Part shown: in pieces, positions 60,174 through 64,000 of the stretch | Numbering within the stretch: position 1 is the first letter of the stretch | Layout: each line of letters starts with the position of its first letter | Origin: Candidatus Rifleibacteriota bacterium | GTDB taxonomy: Bacteria > Muiribacteriota > Ozemobacteria > Ozemobacterales > Ozemobacteraceae | Assembly (NCBI GenBank): GCA_015232575.1 | Contig: JADFZL010000018.1 | Coordinates: 66,264-130,263 of the forward strand | DNA length: 64,000 nucleotides | Direction: 5' to 3' | The notes under the pieces: model-generated | The model's input: only the letters and a program-made list of their open reading frames with translations | What the model was told of the DNA's origin: nothing | The model's database searches: none | Position numbers and translations under genes: made by a program

Positions 60174-63100
60174 TTATATACTCAGAAGATGTTTCTGTTC
60201 GCGGATGTTTGATTTGCCGAAGAGAAAGAGAAAGCCCTGAGGCCATTGTTTCTGTGATGCGAAGGCGAGAGAAGCGTAGGAGTTTTTTGTTCCGATCAGG
60301 TAGTTGCATTGAGAAACCATGAGAGCATCAACCAGAGTTCTTTCGGCTGAAAGGAGACCTGAATCCGGCAATGTTCGTGAAGTTTTTCCGGTGTGGATAT
60401 CAGAATTTGTTAAAAGGCGATTGCCATAGCGTTCTCGATAATAGTCATTCATAGAAGGGAAATCTGATATTAAGAATATTCCAATTTCAGAATTTATCTG
60501 GACAATCCTATCAATGAAAGTTAAATACTGAGAATGAATCTCTGATGATTCATCGGAATCAAAAAAATCTTCCGCACCTTTTCCCGAAATCGAAACAGCA
60601 ACCCAGGGACGTCCCTTCATAAATCTACCGAACAACGATTCTGCCTTTTCCTGAATTAGCTTCACCGGCTTTAAATACTTCGAAAATAACTTTAAATAAA
60701 TCACATCCTCTGAAATACCATAATAAGAAGAATCTTGTGCTATCCAAGGTATTACAGCAGATAACGGAGTAAAGAAATCACTTACAACAGCATTCTCCGG
60801 CCTGGAAAACAAATATTGCGCGACCATTCGTGAATCTCTGCCAAACCATTGATTTTCAGGCTTCTGAAAAACTTTTGTATAATTCCACTTGCCCGGAAAA
60901 AACGACATTCCAGGATTTATTTTTTTCTCATCACCAGGAGAAAGCGGCTGAAAAAATCTTTCAAACGAATTCAAATCATTATAGTCATGGTAGAGCGAAT
61001 TTTCTCCCCAATGTACAATTGGCAAGCGACCAGTAAGTTCAGCAACCAGACACTGAGCGGCAACATGGTGAACATCTTGCCAGAAAGTCTGTCCAAGTGA
61101 GTGAATCAAATAATACCTGTCTTTCTCTTTTTTCATAAAGCTTTTTTCAGAGAGTTTGAAAGTCGGCGACAAACCATATCCCTGCGCCACTTTTGCCAGG
61201 TATTCACCAGCCTTTTGAAGATCTGCACCAGCCTTTGCCATGTATTCACGAATCTTCGATTCAGCAAGTGCAAAATTTCGCTTTTCAACAAGTTCTGATA
61301 CTTTTTTCAGCTCCGGATCGATTTCTTTCTGCAAAGTATTCAGAGCCTGAATCTTAAATCCTGGAAAATTACCAAAGCTTAAAGCGGGTTTAATTTCCTG
61401 ATTCTGGAAATTAACCCCAACAGAAAGATATAGATTCTCAAGGTTTCGAGTAAAACGCTCTGAATCAAATAGTGCCTGTTTTGTTTTATTTGCCTGCAAA
61501 AGCTGCTTTTTACCGGCAAGATAATTTCTGTCAATAACCAGTTTTATAGCAAGGTTTTCGTATTCTTCCCATGAATGAGCAATAAGATCCGGCAAACCCG
61601 CAGCATGAAGCAGACTGCCAGCTACTCTTGCCGGAAAAGCATTTCCCATATATGTTACAACCGGCAATCCAGCTAACAGGGCATCGGCAGCCGTTGAGTG
61701 AGCATTATATGGCCAGGTATCAAGAAAGACATCTGCCAGACGATAACGGGCAAGATGATCTTCAACCTTTGGAACTCGTCGTGCAAACACAATACGGTCG
61801 GGAGAAACGCCAAATTCTTCAGCATTCTTCCGGAAATTAGTCAGAGTCGGTTCATTGCGTGCCATGAGCCAGAGAACACTTCCAGGCACTTTTTTCAAAA
61901 GAGACATCCAAACCTGCCACAGCTGAGGATTAATCTTATAGTCATGGCTGAATGAACAAAAAACCACTCCATTTGCTGGCAAACCACATGACTCACGTGA
62001 TGGAGTTTCTGCAGAAATTGACAAATTAGATGCTGCTGGCAAATAGGTGTCAGGCATGTACAAGACTTTTTCACTGAAATATTTCTGATGTTCAGCAGGA
62101 ATGACATGCCTGTCAGCAATAATGTAATCAATGTATTCTACTGCAAGCGTTCCCGGATAACCAAGGAAATTAATGTGTACCGGAGCCGGCCGATATGAAA
62201 ATACTTCTATTTTGGAATCTGTCGTATACCCAGCAAGATCCACAGCGACATCTATTTCAAGTTCACGGATCTTCCCTGCTATTTCACGTGCGGTTAAGCC
62301 CCTCACATCAATGAATTTATCGAAACATTTCAGCATGCGGGCTCTGATGCTACTATTGTCGTCTATTCCAAGAGAAATCGCATAAGTTTCAAATTTGTTC
62401 TTATCGTGATTTTCAAATATTCCACACATCAGATGTCCAACCGGATGCTCACGCAAATCAGGTGACATATAAGCAAGCCGCAATTTCTTGTGATTGTATC
62501 TTTCACCTTTCCAGAGAGGAGTCTGGGGAGGTAGACAATAATGCTTTGCAAATATTTTTGCGCATTCAAACTGATCAGCAATTGAATCAGAAAGTGCCAT
62601 AAAAGCAAGGGTCTTACAAATGCGTTTGCCTGAACGTATTCCGGAAATTATTTTATCCCGCATTTGTGTAAAATCTTTCCAGTCGCCTATGTGCAACCTT
62701 TCATAAAGCAAAAGCCCTAATCCATAGTCATAATCAGGGCTCTGCCTTAGCAGGCGCTCAAACATGTCTATAGCTTTGGCACTTTCCTTGAATTCTGTCA
62801 AAAGTATTGCACTGTTTGCAAGAGCAGTCGAATAATTTGGATCAATCTCAAGAATCTGAGCAAAACGCATAAGTGCATCCTTGTGGCGATACATGTCGCG
62901 TAATAATACACCGCTGTTTACGATTGCACTCAGATAATCTGGTTTCAGCCTTATTGCCTCATCATAAGCACGTAAAGCTTCTTCTCTTTTTCCGGTATTC
63001 TGAAGAACGTTGCCATATCCAAACCAATTATAGGGAAAATCTGGCCTTGCTTCACAACCTCTTTTGAACAGTTCAAGCGCCTGATCAAGTTTCCCACGTC

Positions 63101-63278
63101 CAAATAATATGACTCCCAGAGAATACAGCGCAACCGGTTCATTTTTATCACCTTCAAGAACGGCTCTGAATGCAGCCTCAGCTTTTTCAAGATCGCCTTT
63201 CTGCTGCAACTCAAGCGCCTGTGTCAATGATACATTGGATTCAGAACGTCTTTCATTCTTAAGCATCACCACGTTCAT
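60174..63278 (-). CDS. TPR-GT41 (OGT-like) glycosyltransferase fused to a C-terminal fucosyltransferase-like (NodZ/GT23-type) domain
   Basis: About 5 TPRs; LAYMSPDLREHPVGHL, VDLAGYT, RPAPVHINFLGYPGT, FCSFSHDYKI, DVFLDTWPYNAHSTAADAL; a further ~320 aa with GQTFWQDV...LPIVHW and D..MVSQCNYLIGT..S. Confidence 0.85.
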   Translation of the reverse strand: MNVVMLKNERRSESNVSLTQALELQQKGDLEKAEAAFRAVLEGDKNEPVALYSLGVILFGRGKLDQALELFKRGCEARPDFPYNWFGYGNVLQNTGKREEALRAYDEAIRLKPDYLSAIVNSGVLLRDMYRHKDALMRFAQILEIDPNYSTALANSAILLTEFKESAKAIDMFERLLRQSPDYDYGLGLLLYERLHIGDWKDFTQMRDKIISGIRSGKRICKTLAFMALSDSIADQFECAKIFAKHYCLPPQTPLWKGERYNHKKLRLAYMSPDLREHPVGHLMCGIFENHDKNKFETYAISLGIDDNSSIRARMLKCFDKFIDVRGLTAREIAGKIRELEIDVAVDLAGYTTDSKIEVFSYRPAPVHINFLGYPGTLAVEYIDYIIADRHVIPAEHQKYFSEKVLYMPDTYLPAASNLSISAETPSRESCGLPANGVVFCSFSHDYKINPQLWQVWMSLLKKVPGSVLWLMARNEPTLTNFRKNAEEFGVSPDRIVFARRVPKVEDHLARYRLADVFLDTWPYNAHSTAADALLAGLPVVTYMGNAFPARVAGSLLHAAGLPDLIAHSWEEYENLAIKLVIDRNYLAGKKQLLQANKTKQALFDSERFTRNLENLYLSVGVNFQNQEIKPALSFGNFPGFKIQALNTLQKEIDPELKKVSELVEKRNFALAESKIREYMAKAGADLQKAGEYLAKVAQGYGLSPTFKLSEKSFMKKEKDRYYLIHSLGQTFWQDVHHVAAQCLVAELTGRLPIVHWGENSLYHDYNDLNSFERFFQPLSPGDEKKINPGMSFFPGKWNYTKVFQKPENQWFGRDSRMVAQYLFSRPENAVVSDFFTPLSAVIPWIAQDSSYYGISEDVIYLKLFSKYLKPVKLIQEKAESLFGRFMKGRPWVAVSISGKGAEDFFDSDESSEIHSQYLTFIDRIVQINSEIGIFLISDFPSMNDYYRERYGNRLLTNSDIHTGKTSRTLPDSGLLSAERTLVDALMVSQCNYLIGTKNSYASLAFASQKQWPQGFLFLFGKSNIREQKHLLSI

Positions 63279-63468
63279 ATTATTGGACTCCTAATAATTT
63301 TCTCTCAAATAGAACTCACTTTTCGAGCATATCACATGGTTAAGATTATTATCAATAAAAACAAAGGTTTTTTTCAGAAAAGAAGAGAAGATTTTTCTCT
63401 CGAAAGTCAAAAAAAATGGTACAAAAGTTCAAAGATCTGCATGAAATATAAGCCAATCAGGAAAAACG

Positions 63469-63999
63469 TTAAAACATGTTTTCAACTATGCCTGGAATTT
63501 TATATATATCCAGATCATAAGTTAGAGGATAGCCCCAGAATTCCATACAAGCCCTGTAATGCTCACATGCACTGAAAAAGTCATAATTGTTAAAGTGTCG
63601 ATGACCGCCGTTTATGACTTCTAAAAGAAGCTTTGACTCAAGAAGCTTGACCTGAATTCGGAATTGAATTGCCTGATTGTAGTACAAGCAAGCCTCATAA
63701 AAATTGTTCTTGTAATAGTATTGATTAGCCACCAGCGATGCCTGAGCAACATTACAAGGCTCTGCAGGCTTGAAAAGGTTTTTCCATGGTGTATAGCTGA
63801 TATATTTCCGGTAAAGGTCCTGTAAGTCAAAATCATAGCACTTGTGCCATGGTTTTATTGGTGCTCCAAAATGAAGGATTCTCTCTGGATAATTCTCAAG
63901 TATTTTTCTGTCTTCAAAGCTTGCCGGACCAAGATTCCATTTAAGTCCTATTCTCGTCTTCTTGAATTTCAGAACGCTGTTAATGGCGTCCTGATCAAG
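63469..63999 (-). CDS. GT8 family glycosyltransferase (5'-truncated by window edge)
   Basis: Manual translation from 63999: LDQDAINSVL...KWN...RILHFGAPIKPW, the GT8 DQD/WN/HF..KPW motifs. It is in frame with the track ORF 63469..63732. Confidence 0.8.
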   Translation of the reverse strand, partial: LDQDAINSVLKFKKTRIGLKWNLGPASFEDRKILENYPERILHFGAPIKPWHKCYDFDLQDLYRKYISYTPWKNLFKPAEPCNVAQASLVANQYYYKNNFYEACLYYNQAIQFRIQVKLLESKLLLEVINGGHRHFNNYDFFSACEHYRACMEFWGYPLTYDLDIYKIPGIVENMF

Positions 64000-64000
64000 C

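Overview
This is an AT-rich bacterial window with three parts. (1) 1-5459 is the 3' part of a type IV pilus/T2SS-like assembly operon (pilC-pilB-pilM-pilN-pilO-ORF), interrupted by REP-like repeats. (2) 5488-29240 is a flagellin locus. A minus-strand run (Maf/DUF115 flagellin glycosyltransferase, methyltransferase, MBL hydrolase, AsnB-like amidotransferase) is interrupted by an antitoxin plus a MazF pseudogene. The plus strand carries two 751-aa flagellins with CsrA-type leader hairpins, flaG, and an 11.3-kb gene for a 3767-aa Ser/Thr/Gln-rich protein made almost entirely of an 8-residue repeat. (3) 29357-64000 is a >34-kb mosaic glycosylation island with an OGT-like (GT41) TPR enzyme near each end. 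It contains GT47/GT77/GT4/GT2/GT9/GT8-like transferases, five radical-SAM enzymes, many methyltransferases, a split transketolase and amino/formyl/amido-transferases. No flippase, polymerase or initiating phosphoglycosyltransferase is visible. The best candidate for an undescribed system is the giant octad-repeat protein paired with OGT-like enzymes inside a flagellin glycosylation island. All family calls come from motif recognition by eye; no database searches were run.
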